A DNA stretch of 64,000 bases. Source: Bacteroidales bacterium (GTDB taxonomy: Bacteria > Bacteroidota > Bacteroidia > Bacteroidales > UBA1715). The notes under the pieces were generated by a model, which was not told the origin of the DNA, searched no databases, and saw nothing but the letters and a program-made list of their open reading frames with translations. Both the position numbers and the translations under genes were made by a program. Shown here one piece after another: positions 10,901 through 19,600 of the stretch (position 1 is the stretch's first letter; each line of letters begins with the position of its first letter). The stretch is taken from the NCBI GenBank assembly GCA_017642535.1, contig JAGCOW010000042.1, positions 777-64,776 of the forward strand. Direction: 5' to 3'.

Positions 10901-13506
10901 TTCCTTCATCTTCAGTGGCAACGGTGACAAACGGAGTGGTTACGGTTTCTGACGTTGATGCCAATACGGAAGTTACAATAACGGTGAAAGTTACGACAGA
11001 GGACGGAACCTCGAAAACAGCACAAATTACGATTACCATTAAAAATGGTTGTAGTTTGTCGGCTCCGACGGTTGCAAATGCAACTCAGTCGGTTTGTCCT
11101 GATAGTGGCGACGAAGTAACATTTACTGCTATGGGTGATGCTTCTGCAAACTGGATTTGGGAAGATGCTACAAACACAGTGAAATCAACAACAAGTTCGT
11201 TGACTACCGCAACGGTGGGCTCATATTTCGTATATCAGAAATCGGGCGATTGCGAAAGTTCTAAGACGAAAGTTACTTTGTCGGAAAAAACGAAACCTGC
11301 CACTCCAAGCGTAAGCGATGTCGCTGTGTGCGAAGGAACGACGGGAACATTCACATCGTCGGTGACTGCAATTTGGTATTCAAGTGCGAATGAGGAATTA
11401 ACAACAGGAAAGACCTATTCGCCGACTACGGCTGGTACATATTTCGTTCGTCAACAAGCCGACGGTTGCTTGAGCGATGCGGCTATGGTTACTTATACCA
11501 TCAATCCGAAACCAGAATTCACAACGTCTGACCAAACAGTCGTATTGGGTGCTACCGTTCCTAACTTGACGGTTACCACTGCTTCGACGAATATCGTTAC
11601 GTGGTATTATAATAATGTAGAGGTTGGAACGGGAAGTTCGTTTGCGACAAATCAGACTGCAGTTGGAACATACACTTATTATGTTACGGTAAAAACTGCT
11701 GCAAACTGTATGTCTGAGAAAAAGGCGGTAACCTTGCAAATCTCTGATTGTGATTTGACCGCTCCAACGGTTGCAAACGACAATCAATCAGTTTGTGAAG
11801 GTGGTACGAATCCAAGTTTCACCGCATCGGCTGCAAATTCCGTTGTGTGGTATTCCGATGCGTCACTTACAAATCAAGTTGGAACATCGGCTACATACAC
11901 TCCGACGAATAGTGTTGTTGGTACATATTATTATTATGTAACACAAAAATCTACGTGTGAGTCTCCTGCAAAACGAGTTACGTTTGTAATCAACTCATTG
12001 CCAAGTGTTTCAATAGCAAATATCGCTGATATGAAAACAACAGATTCTCCAGTAACAGTTTCGGTTTCACCTGCTGGTGGTCAATTGTCGGGAACTGGAG
12101 TATCGGGAATGAAGTTTAATCCTGCAATTGGTGCGGGAACGCATACCATCACCTATACATATCAAGATGTAAATGGTTGTATGGCTACTGCCAGCACGTC
12201 GGTTGTGGTAACAAAAGGAATCACGGTTGATAGAACACAATTGGGAGATACGATTGCTCGTGCAAGCAATATCTCTTCTTTGTACACGGTAGATGACTCA
12301 TATCCAGCATCTGCAAAGAACTCGTTGTCGCAAGCTATTGTGATGGCACAAGGTTACTATAATAATTATGAAAGTTACACACAAGCTCAAATTGATCAGC
12401 AAGTCATCATTTTAAGCAATGCGATTCAAGCGTTCTTGAATAGTAAAATCGAAAAAGTTGATGTGTCGATTCTCGAAGCAAAAATCTCTGAAGCATACCT
12501 TACTATTCAAACCAATGAATATAGAAAGGGTACTCTTGTAGGTAACATTCCTGAAGCAAGTTTCACGATGTTGGAAAATGCAATAACAACGGCAAGTGCT
12601 GTTGTAGCAAATCCTCCAGCAACACAAGCCGAGGTTGTGAATGCGGTGAATGCTTTACAATATGCAATAACTTCGTTCCTAAATTCCGAAATACCAAATA
12701 AGGTTTCTGATGTTTCGTTTACGACAAATAAGATTTATTTGGTTGTAGGTGAGGAATATACTCCAGAAGTTGTGTTCGCTCCTGCAGGTGCATCATCTGA
12801 TTTGAGTTGGGAAACGTCAAATAACGATGTTGCTTGGGTTTATGGATTGTCAGGTAAAATTGTTGCCAAAGCACCTGGTAGTGTGTCGGTAACGGCAACC
12901 GCAGCCAACAACAATGCCGCACAAGCCCGTATGATTGTCGTGGTAACCGAAGCTCCAAAACTTGAATCGGTAACCGTAAACCGTACTGGCTCGGAAATCA
13001 TCATGAAATTCTCCGAAGAAATGGACGAACCGTTACCTGACATTTATACTGACCTGTATGTGTATGGAGTTTCGTATCCTATGTACAACGTGAACAAGGT
13101 ATCGTTGTGGGATTTCGACACAAAACAGATTATTCTTAGTGTTGGACCTGTTATTGATGACCCGAATGAAATTACAATCGTGTATAAGGGTAATTCGTTG
13201 ATTTCCAAATTTGGCGGAAAAGTTCCACAATTCAAGTATAGTCTTGGCTCAACGCCAGTTAACGAAGTTGAGGCAATGAACGTAATAGCTTATCCTACCG
13301 AAGTTCAATCGGAAATCCACGTTGCTGGTCTGCAAGAAGGAAATCAGATTGATATTGTTTCTGCAACGGGAAAACGTGTCACTTCGTTCATCGCTGCATC
13401 CGATGTGGAAGATATTTCAACAAATAGTTTCACTGCCGGCATCTATTATATAATGGTATATGACGGTACTATTCTCCGTGCAAAACAGGCATTTGTAAAG
13501 AAATAG
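7909..13506 (+). CDS. Giant T9SS-sorted cell-surface protein. It has a cadherin-like beta-sandwich, many Cys-bracketed Ig-like repeats, BIG2 domains, FIVAR-like helical repeats and a T9SS type A C-terminal domain.
   Basis: ATG 7909 gives the signal peptide MKSLKTFLIRVVLTLGILFPMIATAAA. LESLSVTDYTLDPTFSASTTEYQISVPYG is a cadherin-like beta-sandwich motif. Repeats of about 80 aa follow the pattern C.G....L.A......WY......G..YTP.....GTY.YYV.....CES....V.V.V (the CHU_C-associated Ig type). BIG2-like units are present (e.g. VTWSSSDPSVATVDADGNITAVGKGTAIITAT). The C-terminus, IAYPTEVQSEIHVAGLQEGNQIDIVSATGKRVTSF..SFTAGIYYIMVYDGTILRAKQAFVKK, fits a T9SS type A sorting domain. Confidence 0.85.
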   Translation: MKSLKTFLIRVVLTLGILFPMIATAAAPTWTRTNYTSSTAFIGIVKINDYNPSFPITVEEGDYIGAFVGEECRMIAKVFAYDGKLYVSSVIQGGDISDMTGSTSEPEEVEFKVWDNSANKLVSAQVYGTLFTESAGEIFDYEIGKPNTDSKLESLSVTDYTLDPTFSASTTEYQISVPYGTALPASSAYTAVVADSRANATVVAATEFGSDNKATTTITVTAEDNTTTVYTITFVQEACTATAPTSSEVRDVAYCQGNSNIMLDALFGNKSHKAVWYNVQTDGTPLFTGNSFKPGVSDPGQYTYYVARNDGTCESTERTKVTLQIDEKPYPMIVGLDDEYCANAAAVTLGVEQSYVAITFTVNDASATTFDPASAKVGENTIACQVTDIKGCSGSTSQTVTVKALPSIDFSSTPKTVCVGETINLTPTKGTWSGSGVSGTTFSSETAGSVTLTYEELANGCSASDNVTITVNKATAPTVQSASVEMNAAVPALTATADGTINWYETENGAVKGTGTSYTPSVSTAEENVFTFYASNTVAGCESEKVPVTLSVTSCTTEAPAIASVDAICEGDAFPTLTATGTNITWYSAVTGGSSLETGATYTPTAAGTYYASQNPGCEGPRASVTVEVKTKPTTPSVADVSSCGGSSFAAMTANVAANWYTDKNANAVAENVTSYTPTSLSATTKFYVKQVVDGCSSDFAEATYTLVATPDKPKVDATTACFGSTANYIVRMSGNLEANATLQWYDENGTEKGTAKIQDVAVTNAGTYTYTAVQKVGDCASAPASATLTVYALPEPTINVNASFCSDDETEVELIADPEGGDFMVDGIIASSFVPKELGAGEHTILYSYEDEHHCYGEPSKKISVDDCAAPAVETIILEQASLSLLKGEQANAIDVTITPPESPQTVTWSSSDPSVATVDADGNITAVGKGTAIITATSTYTPTKSASCEVTVISPVESVAFNNPSDITVAENGSVSLSQYLVVNPDDASVKTIEWIPSSSVATVTNGVVTVSDVDANTEVTITVKVTTEDGTSKTAQITITIKNGCSLSAPTVANATQSVCPDSGDEVTFTAMGDASANWIWEDATNTVKSTTSSLTTATVGSYFVYQKSGDCESSKTKVTLSEKTKPATPSVSDVAVCEGTTGTFTSSVTAIWYSSANEELTTGKTYSPTTAGTYFVRQQADGCLSDAAMVTYTINPKPEFTTSDQTVVLGATVPNLTVTTASTNIVTWYYNNVEVGTGSSFATNQTAVGTYTYYVTVKTAANCMSEKKAVTLQISDCDLTAPTVANDNQSVCEGGTNPSFTASAANSVVWYSDASLTNQVGTSATYTPTNSVVGTYYYYVTQKSTCESPAKRVTFVINSLPSVSIANIADMKTTDSPVTVSVSPAGGQLSGTGVSGMKFNPAIGAGTHTITYTYQDVNGCMATASTSVVVTKGITVDRTQLGDTIARASNISSLYTVDDSYPASAKNSLSQAIVMAQGYYNNYESYTQAQIDQQVIILSNAIQAFLNSKIEKVDVSILEAKISEAYLTIQTNEYRKGTLVGNIPEASFTMLENAITTASAVVANPPATQAEVVNAVNALQYAITSFLNSEIPNKVSDVSFTTNKIYLVVGEEYTPEVVFAPAGASSDLSWETSNNDVAWVYGLSGKIVAKAPGSVSVTATAANNNAAQARMIVVVTEAPKLESVTVNRTGSEIIMKFSEEMDEPLPDIYTDLYVYGVSYPMYNVNKVSLWDFDTKQIILSVGPVIDDPNEITIVYKGNSLISKFGGKVPQFKYSLGSTPVNEVEAMNVIAYPTEVQSEIHVAGLQEGNQIDIVSATGKRVTSFIAASDVEDISTNSFTAGIYYIMVYDGTILRAKQAFVKK

Positions 13507-13526
13507 TTGAAAAGTTATTTGCATAG

Positions 13527-13559
13527 AAGGGCTATCCAATCGGGTAGCCCTTTATTTTT
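13527..13559 (+). terminator. Intrinsic terminator of giant gene 1
   Basis: GGGCTATCC (13529-13537), loop AATC, GGGTAGCCC (13542-13550), then TTTATTTTT. This is a 9-bp stem with one G-U pair. It is homologous to the terminator at 27195-27228. Confidence 0.8.
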
Positions 13560-13574
13560 GTAAAAAATGTGATT

Positions 13575-14711
13575 ATGAAACGATTTCTTGTATCTGTCCT
13601 TGCAGTTGTTGTTACTGTTGGTTTGTCGGCACAAACGAAAAATGCCGATGAAGTTAAAACGACTTTTTCTCCTCGTAATTTACAGGCAAATCATACGGAA
13701 TTTTGTCTGCAATCAGTTTTGAATCAATATAATATTGAGGAAAATATGAAGGGAAACATATCTCAAATTACCGTTTCCCGCAGTAAGGCGTCGGTTGTGT
13801 GTGCGTTCAACGAAAATAATCAACCCGTGAGCATTACTAAAGATGGCGTTGAGTTGTGCAAGTTCACCTATAATTCTAATGCTAAAATAGAGATTGCCCA
13901 GTCGGGAAATTCAATCGTCGCCATTACCTACGATAAAAAGGGGAGAGTTGCAAGCGAGGCATTTCTTGTGGAAGGTTCTGGCAAAAACCAGATTGATTCA
14001 AAGAGCAAGACCACTATGGCCGACAAATATATTTATACCGATTCGTGGAAGAAACAAACTCTGAGTGATTCCACTGAGTGCGTGTATTTGTTTGAGGCGA
14101 CGAATGCAGGCAAAGCAAAAGAATGGATTATTGATAGAATGTATATCTATGAATATAATGGTAAAGGTTTGATGACCAAAAAGATAGAAACGGCACGCGA
14201 CAAGGTGAGAGAATCGGTTACGGAATTTAAATACAAAAAAGGTGTTCTTCAACAACAGGTAAAAACATATTCAAACACCAATTTAGTGGAAAGCACCGTT
14301 TATACGTACGAAGAAGGTTATTTGGTAAAAGCCGTGAAAGGATATTTCAGAGATATTTCGAAACGGAAATCAATTGAATTAAGTTCCGAAGTCAATATGA
14401 TGATGTACGATACACAAAGAAACCTTGTGGAATATAGATGCACGGACGGACATAAATATGATTTGTGTGTAATGAAATATGATGAAAACCAGCGTTTGGT
14501 AAACGTGCAGAAACGTCAGGAAACGGGCGAGATGATGCCTATGTTCCAGTGTGAGTACGATGCTGCCAATATGGTTGCGTCAACAATTAAAAACGAGATT
14601 AAGATGCAATATACCTACGAATACGATGCACAAGGCAATTGGACGAAACAAACCATAACCAAGAACGGCGAGGCGGTAGGTAGCATTTCTCGAACGATAC
14701 AATATAAATAA
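13575..14711 (+). CDS. Secreted hypothetical protein with YD-like short repeats
   Basis: ATG 13575 gives the signal peptide MKRFLVSVLAVVVTVGLSAQ. Recurrent motifs are reminiscent of YD/RHS repeats: KYIYTDSWKKQ, YIYEYNGKGLMTKK, TVYTYEEGYLVKA, MKYDENQRLVNVQ, YTYEYDAQGNWTKQ. A -7 box, TATTTTTG, lies at 13553-13560. Confidence 0.6.
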   Translation: MKRFLVSVLAVVVTVGLSAQTKNADEVKTTFSPRNLQANHTEFCLQSVLNQYNIEENMKGNISQITVSRSKASVVCAFNENNQPVSITKDGVELCKFTYNSNAKIEIAQSGNSIVAITYDKKGRVASEAFLVEGSGKNQIDSKSKTTMADKYIYTDSWKKQTLSDSTECVYLFEATNAGKAKEWIIDRMYIYEYNGKGLMTKKIETARDKVRESVTEFKYKKGVLQQQVKTYSNTNLVESTVYTYEEGYLVKAVKGYFRDISKRKSIELSSEVNMMMYDTQRNLVEYRCTDGHKYDLCVMKYDENQRLVNVQKRQETGEMMPMFQCEYDAANMVASTIKNEIKMQYTYEYDAQGNWTKQTITKNGEAVGSISRTIQYK

Positions 14712-14730
14712 TATAGATATTTTACATTTA

Positions 14731-14760
14731 TGTGGGGACGCGCCATGGCACGTCTCTACA
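14731..14760. repeat. REP-like palindromic element copy
   Basis: TGTGGGGACGCGCCATGGCACGTCTCTACA lies 20 nt after the stop at 14711. 14 of 15 arm positions pair if G-U pairs on the + strand RNA are allowed. Confidence 0.7.
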
Positions 14761-14796
14761 ATGTACATCACAGAAGAGCAGTAAAAAATATACGAA

Positions 14797-14804
14797 TACT
14801 TTTG
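14797..14804 (+). promoter_or_regulatory. -7 promoter box TAnnTTTG
   Basis: TACTTTTG lies 68 nt upstream of ATG 14872. Confidence 0.35.
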
Positions 14805-14871
14805 TTATTCTTATTTTAATGTTCTACTTTTACACCACTAAAAAAAGTATGTATAACTAAATTTTATTTTT

Positions 14872-16299
14872 ATGAAAAAGATATTTTTATTCTTGAGTGC
14901 TGCATTGCTTTCGCTTGGCGTGAGTGCAACGCAGTATGATGTACTTATCAATTCATTCAATGTTGATGTGACGGCTGACAACAATATTGATTTTACCAGT
15001 CAGCTAAATGGAGCTAAATTGATAGAAGGAGATGAAATTAGATTAACGTTACAAGGTTATTTTGATGCACCTGCAATTGTAACCTATAATACTATTGCGG
15101 ATAATGCATACGATGCGGATGGTGCAGGTGGTTATTGGAATATGCTTGCCGCTTGGGAAGGTGTAGAATTAGGAACAGCAGAGATTGGTACAATATTCAA
15201 TGTTACAAAAACAATAACAATAACTACGACCGCACTTCAAAAAGATAAGTATATCGTTCAGTTAGGATTTTCTTTTGCTTCATTGAAAGATAAGAAAAAA
15301 TACCAACAATTTAAATTCCGTCCTACTGAAGCTGCGTTGTCAGTAGAAGCACAAACATACAAAGTAGATTTGCCTACATTGAAATTCGGTTCTGACGGTG
15401 GAGAACAGAATCCCAATTATAAGGCAGAAGTTACTTTTGAAACTGAAGCTGCCATGGCTGCTGATGATATTTTGCAAGTGGTTATCAATGGTAAATTCAG
15501 CGAAGGTGTTCAGGGCATTATTTTTATGGTATTTGACAATGATGGTAATGAGGTTTTGGGTTGGAGCGTTAAAGGTACATTCCAAGCACCAAAGGATGAA
15601 ACAGTAAACGAAACGCTTGATCTTGTGATGCCTGCTGCTTGTCCTACTACTGCAGCAAAATTGGGAGTGTTCATTGAAGGATATGACGCTGAAAAACCAA
15701 TTTCATTCTTGAAAGATGGTGATGTAGCTCACGATCCTGTTGAAGTTGCCAAGAAGGACTATACTGAAGTTACATTGGGCTACAACCAATATGCTACTCC
15801 AGCAAACTATCAGTTTATTGAAGCAGAAGTTGCTTCTGATGTCCAAGTTGGTGATTATGTAACATTCTCAATCAATGGTGTTAGTAATGCAGCTTTCAGT
15901 AAAATGAAAGTTTATTTGAGAAACCCTGAAGGTTATTCTGCAATTTCTGAATATGTAGAAATTTTGGCAAACACAGAAGCTAATGGTGCAGTTTCATATT
16001 CAGGCAAAGTTGAAGCTTCTTCTGCTGCTGCAAAATGCGACTTGGTATTTGAAATTCCAGATGAAGCAACAGAAGGTACATCAATCGTAATTGCTCCAGC
16101 AGGAAACGTTGCTGTTGCAGAGGTTGCTCCTGCATTCGCAGTTGAAGGCGGTATGGTTTATTCTGCTGGTGAAATCGTTGTGTACAACGTAGCAGGTAAA
16201 GAAATTGCAAAAGCATCAAAATCATTCAACGTTAATACTTTGGCAGCAGGTGTTTATTTCATCACTGCGAAAGAAGGAACAATTAAATTTGTAAAATAA
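14872..16299 (+). CDS. Secreted hypothetical protein with a T9SS type A C-terminal sorting domain
   Basis: The signal peptide is MKKIFLFLSAALLSLGVSA. The C-terminus, GMVYSAGEIVVYNVAGKEIAKASKSFNVNTLAAGVYFITAKEGTIKFVK, fits the T9SS CTD pattern. I recognise no catalytic motif in the body. Confidence 0.7.
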   Translation: MKKIFLFLSAALLSLGVSATQYDVLINSFNVDVTADNNIDFTSQLNGAKLIEGDEIRLTLQGYFDAPAIVTYNTIADNAYDADGAGGYWNMLAAWEGVELGTAEIGTIFNVTKTITITTTALQKDKYIVQLGFSFASLKDKKKYQQFKFRPTEAALSVEAQTYKVDLPTLKFGSDGGEQNPNYKAEVTFETEAAMAADDILQVVINGKFSEGVQGIIFMVFDNDGNEVLGWSVKGTFQAPKDETVNETLDLVMPAACPTTAAKLGVFIEGYDAEKPISFLKDGDVAHDPVEVAKKDYTEVTLGYNQYATPANYQFIEAEVASDVQVGDYVTFSINGVSNAAFSKMKVYLRNPEGYSAISEYVEILANTEANGAVSYSGKVEASSAAAKCDLVFEIPDEATEGTSIVIAPAGNVAVAEVAPAFAVEGGMVYSAGEIVVYNVAGKEIAKASKSFNVNTLAAGVYFITAKEGTIKFVK

Positions 16300-16306
16300 T
16301 TTTCCT

Positions 16307-16336
16307 TGTAGAGACGTTGCGCGCAACGTCTCTACA
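16307..16336. repeat. REP-like palindromic element, perfect copy
   Basis: TGTAGAGACGTTGCG|CGCAACGTCTCTACA is a perfect 30-nt palindrome lying 8 nt after the stop at 16299. Confidence 0.85.
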
Positions 16337-16409
16337 ATATTATCCCGACCGACAGAACGTCATTTCGACCGAAGGGAGGAATCTGTTAAAAATAACAACA
16401 ATGATTATC

Positions 16410-16440
16410 TGTAGAGACGCCACATTGTGGCGTTTCTACA
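16410..16440. repeat. REP-like palindromic element copy (CACATTGTGG core)
   Basis: TGTAGAGACGCCAC-ATT-GTGGCGTTTCTACA forms a 14-bp stem with one G-U pair. A T9 run follows it. Confidence 0.8.
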
Positions 16441-16556
16441 TTTTTTTTACATAATTCTTATTTTTTTTTACTTACCAGGTTAGGGTTTTTCGTTTTTCTT
16501 TTGTCATAGGTATAAAGAAAAAATGCGTTTGTGCATTAAGTATTGAAAAAATAATG

Positions 16557-16564
16557 TAGTTTTG
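16557..16564 (+). promoter_or_regulatory. -7 promoter box TAnnTTTG for giant gene 2
   Basis: TAGTTTTG lies 37 nt upstream of ATG 16601. TTGTAAACT is directly repeated at 16562-16570 and 16578-16586. Confidence 0.4.
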
Positions 16565-16600
16565 TAAACTTATTGTATTGTAAACTAAAAATAGATTGAT

Positions 16601-19600
16601 ATGAAAACAGGGATTACAAAAATGAGAAAATGGTGGAAACACCTGTTGTTACTATGTGTAACACTCATGGGAGTGGTTGGTTTCGCTACAGCGGGTCCAA
16701 ATTATCCATTCCCGAACAATTATCCGTATCCGTATGGAACTATCTATACGGGTAGCGATGTACAAACAAAAATCCAGTCGTTGTACACGACGTGGAAAGC
16801 TAAGTACTACGAAGAAAGTGGTAGCGAAGCTCGTGTAAAATTCGTTTCCGGTGGTGATAATGGTAGCACTTCCGTATCCGAAGGTATAGCATACGGTATG
16901 CTTATCGCGGTGTATATGGATAATGCGACCAACAACACGCAAGGAATGTTTGACAAGTTGTGGGCGTACTACTTGGCCAACGCCAACAGTCACGGTGTGA
17001 TGAACTGGAAGGTAACCGGTTTCACTCACCAGGTTGCTCCACCAGTTTCTGGCAACTCCAACGGTGCAACCGATGCTGACTTGGATGCTGCTCAAGCGTT
17101 GTTGATGGCATACAAGCAATGGGGTAACCAGAAATATTTGACTGCCGCACAAACGTTGATTCAAAACTTGTGGGCGTATGAAGTGAACAACAACAAACAG
17201 TTGAAACCTGGTGATATGTTCGATGACTACAAGAACCCTTGCTATTTCATCACCAATGCGATGAAATTGTTCACTCAGGTAAAACAACTTGAGGGTTGGA
17301 GCAATAGCTGGGATTGGAACACCGTAGCTCAAAACTGTTATGGTATTATGAGTAAGTGTGCCAATGCATCAACAGGTTTGATTCCTGACTGGTGTTATGA
17401 AAACGGAAGTCTTTTGAATGGTATTATTGATGGTAAATTCGAATCAATTTTCGGTTATGATGCTGCTCGTATTCCTTGGCGTATGGCACAGGCCTATGCT
17501 TGGTATGGTGATACGGAGGCAAAAGGATTTGCGTCAAAAATTACTGACTGGGCTAGAAGTAAATATCCAAACCCCAATGATATCGTAGATGGTTTTTATT
17601 TGAATGGTAATCCTGGTGATGGTAACGGTCCTTTCACAGGATCCCTTTCTTCTTGGGGTTCAAGTAAGAACCCTACTTTCAAGGCAGGATTGAGTATCGG
17701 TTCTATGGTTGACTCTAAATACAACAGTTACCGAGACTTGTGCTGGCAATATGGTGCTGCTGCTGAAGCGTATGGCGCATATTACACGCATACGACTCAG
17801 TTGTTGTATATGTTGTGTTTAACGGGTAATATGCCTAACTTCTGGGATATGAACCCTGTATTTTTGAGTGCGGAGACAAACGGAGCAGGTACTGCGGTTA
17901 TCGTTAATTTCTCAAAACCTATTTCTGAATCTTCCGCATCAAGCTCTACGGGTAAGTTCACGGTAACAACATACCCAACTGCCGAAGATGCGAAAAATAA
18001 GACTAACGGAACGACAATCCCTGTTTCTTCTGCTTCCGTTTCGTCTAAGACGGTAACCTTGAATATGTCGGCAGAAATTATGGATCCTTACATCTTCATA
18101 TCATATAATGGTACGACTTTGAAAGGAACTGATGATTCTCAGGCAGCTACATTTGAAGATAAGACAGTTACGAACTTGATTACCAATATGGAACCATATC
18201 CAACGGCTCGTTACACGAACCAGTTGGGTAACGAAATCTATATTGCGTGGTCAAAAGATGTGAAATTGAGTACTGCACAATCTGGATTTTCGGTAAAAGT
18301 TGCCGGGAACGCGGTTGCTGCTCCTACTGTTGAATATTATACAGATTCTGAAGGTTCCGACAAGTCAATCTTGGCATTGAAATGGAATGAAGCTATCGTA
18401 ACTTCACCTGATGTTGACATTACTGTTTCATACACTGGTGGTTTGACTTCTACTACGGGAACCCGTCAGGCAAAACCGTTCACGAATGCTCCTGTACAAA
18501 ACTTGTACGGTGCTGAAACGTGTATGAGTTTGTATGACTATGGTGAAAGCACTGGTACTGAACGTTGGGAGCAAATGCTTTCCGATATTTCTAACAAAGC
18601 TTCGGAAGTGGAAAAATCTGGCAGTGAAAATGCAAAAGTGTTGTATTTTAACGCAGGTGCAGACGAACGTTTGACCTATGCACTTGATATTGATAATGAT
18701 GCTGATTTTGATATGTGGATGGGGCTTCTCGGTTCCGAGGATTCCCGTTTGGTTGGTCGTATTTATGTGGAAAGTCTTGGTACAAGCGGCGAAGGTCTTG
18801 CATTGTTCTTACTTTCTGGTAAAGCGTCAAAACCGGGATACCACGACAACAACGCCGCATTCCCTATCAAGAATTTGAAAACAGGACAATGGTTTGAATT
18901 CGATATTCCGTTGTCAGAAAATAATGGTTGGTATTATAATACTTATAATAGTAATGAAGAATATCAAGCTATTTGGTTGTCAACATGGGCGCCTAACGGT
19001 GATGGTGGCTATGGAGAAACACCAAGCGGAACATTCAAGATTTATGTAGATTATTTACATATCTGTCCTAAGAAATCTGATGTCGTAGCTGAACGTGGTA
19101 AGGTTGCATTCAATGGTAAACAAGTTGAGTTGAAATTCTCGACTGCTATGAAAATTCCTACTTCTACGTCGGCAATTACGATTAAGGAGGGTTCTACTTC
19201 TCACGCTGTAACGTCAATTCAGGCAAAAGATGGTGATGCAACAGTGTTGATTTTCAATCTGGAAGAGCCAATCACTTCTGCTGATGCGGTGATTACAGCT
19301 TCGTTGACACAATCTTCCTCTGCGGTAAAATCTGTTGATGGTCGTCCTGCAAGTGTGTTCGATATTGATGTTGCCAACTTGTTGGGTATGACTACATCTA
19401 CTGGTTGGTACGACGACTTTGCCGATGCAAGCGACTACACAACTGGAAATATATCTTCCGATGGAGAATATGTTGGTGCTCCAATAGAACAAGCAGGAAA
19501 TAGTCAATTGAATGTCTCTTGGGATGGCTCAATGACCTGGGCAGGTTCAATGATATTGAGTACGGTTGGTGCTGGATATGTAATGGACTTGACAGATAAT

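Noticed and set aside
16300-16600. An invertible promoter (inverton) upstream of the GH8 giant gene, as seen for Bacteroides surface structures.
   Set aside because: The only inverted repeats are the arms of the two REP-like palindromes. The candidate -7 box lies outside the segment they bracket, and no invertase gene is in the window. The idea is kept only as a low-probability alternative in the twin-palindrome finding.
16652-17332. A 226-aa minus-strand ORF, plus dozens of 60-150-aa antisense or off-frame ORFs inside the two giant genes (e.g. 8413-9063, 9060-9500, 24748-25098).
   Set aside because: All of them are nested in long ORFs with strong domain evidence, and the repetitive, compositionally biased coding sequence generates open alternative frames. 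None has independent support.
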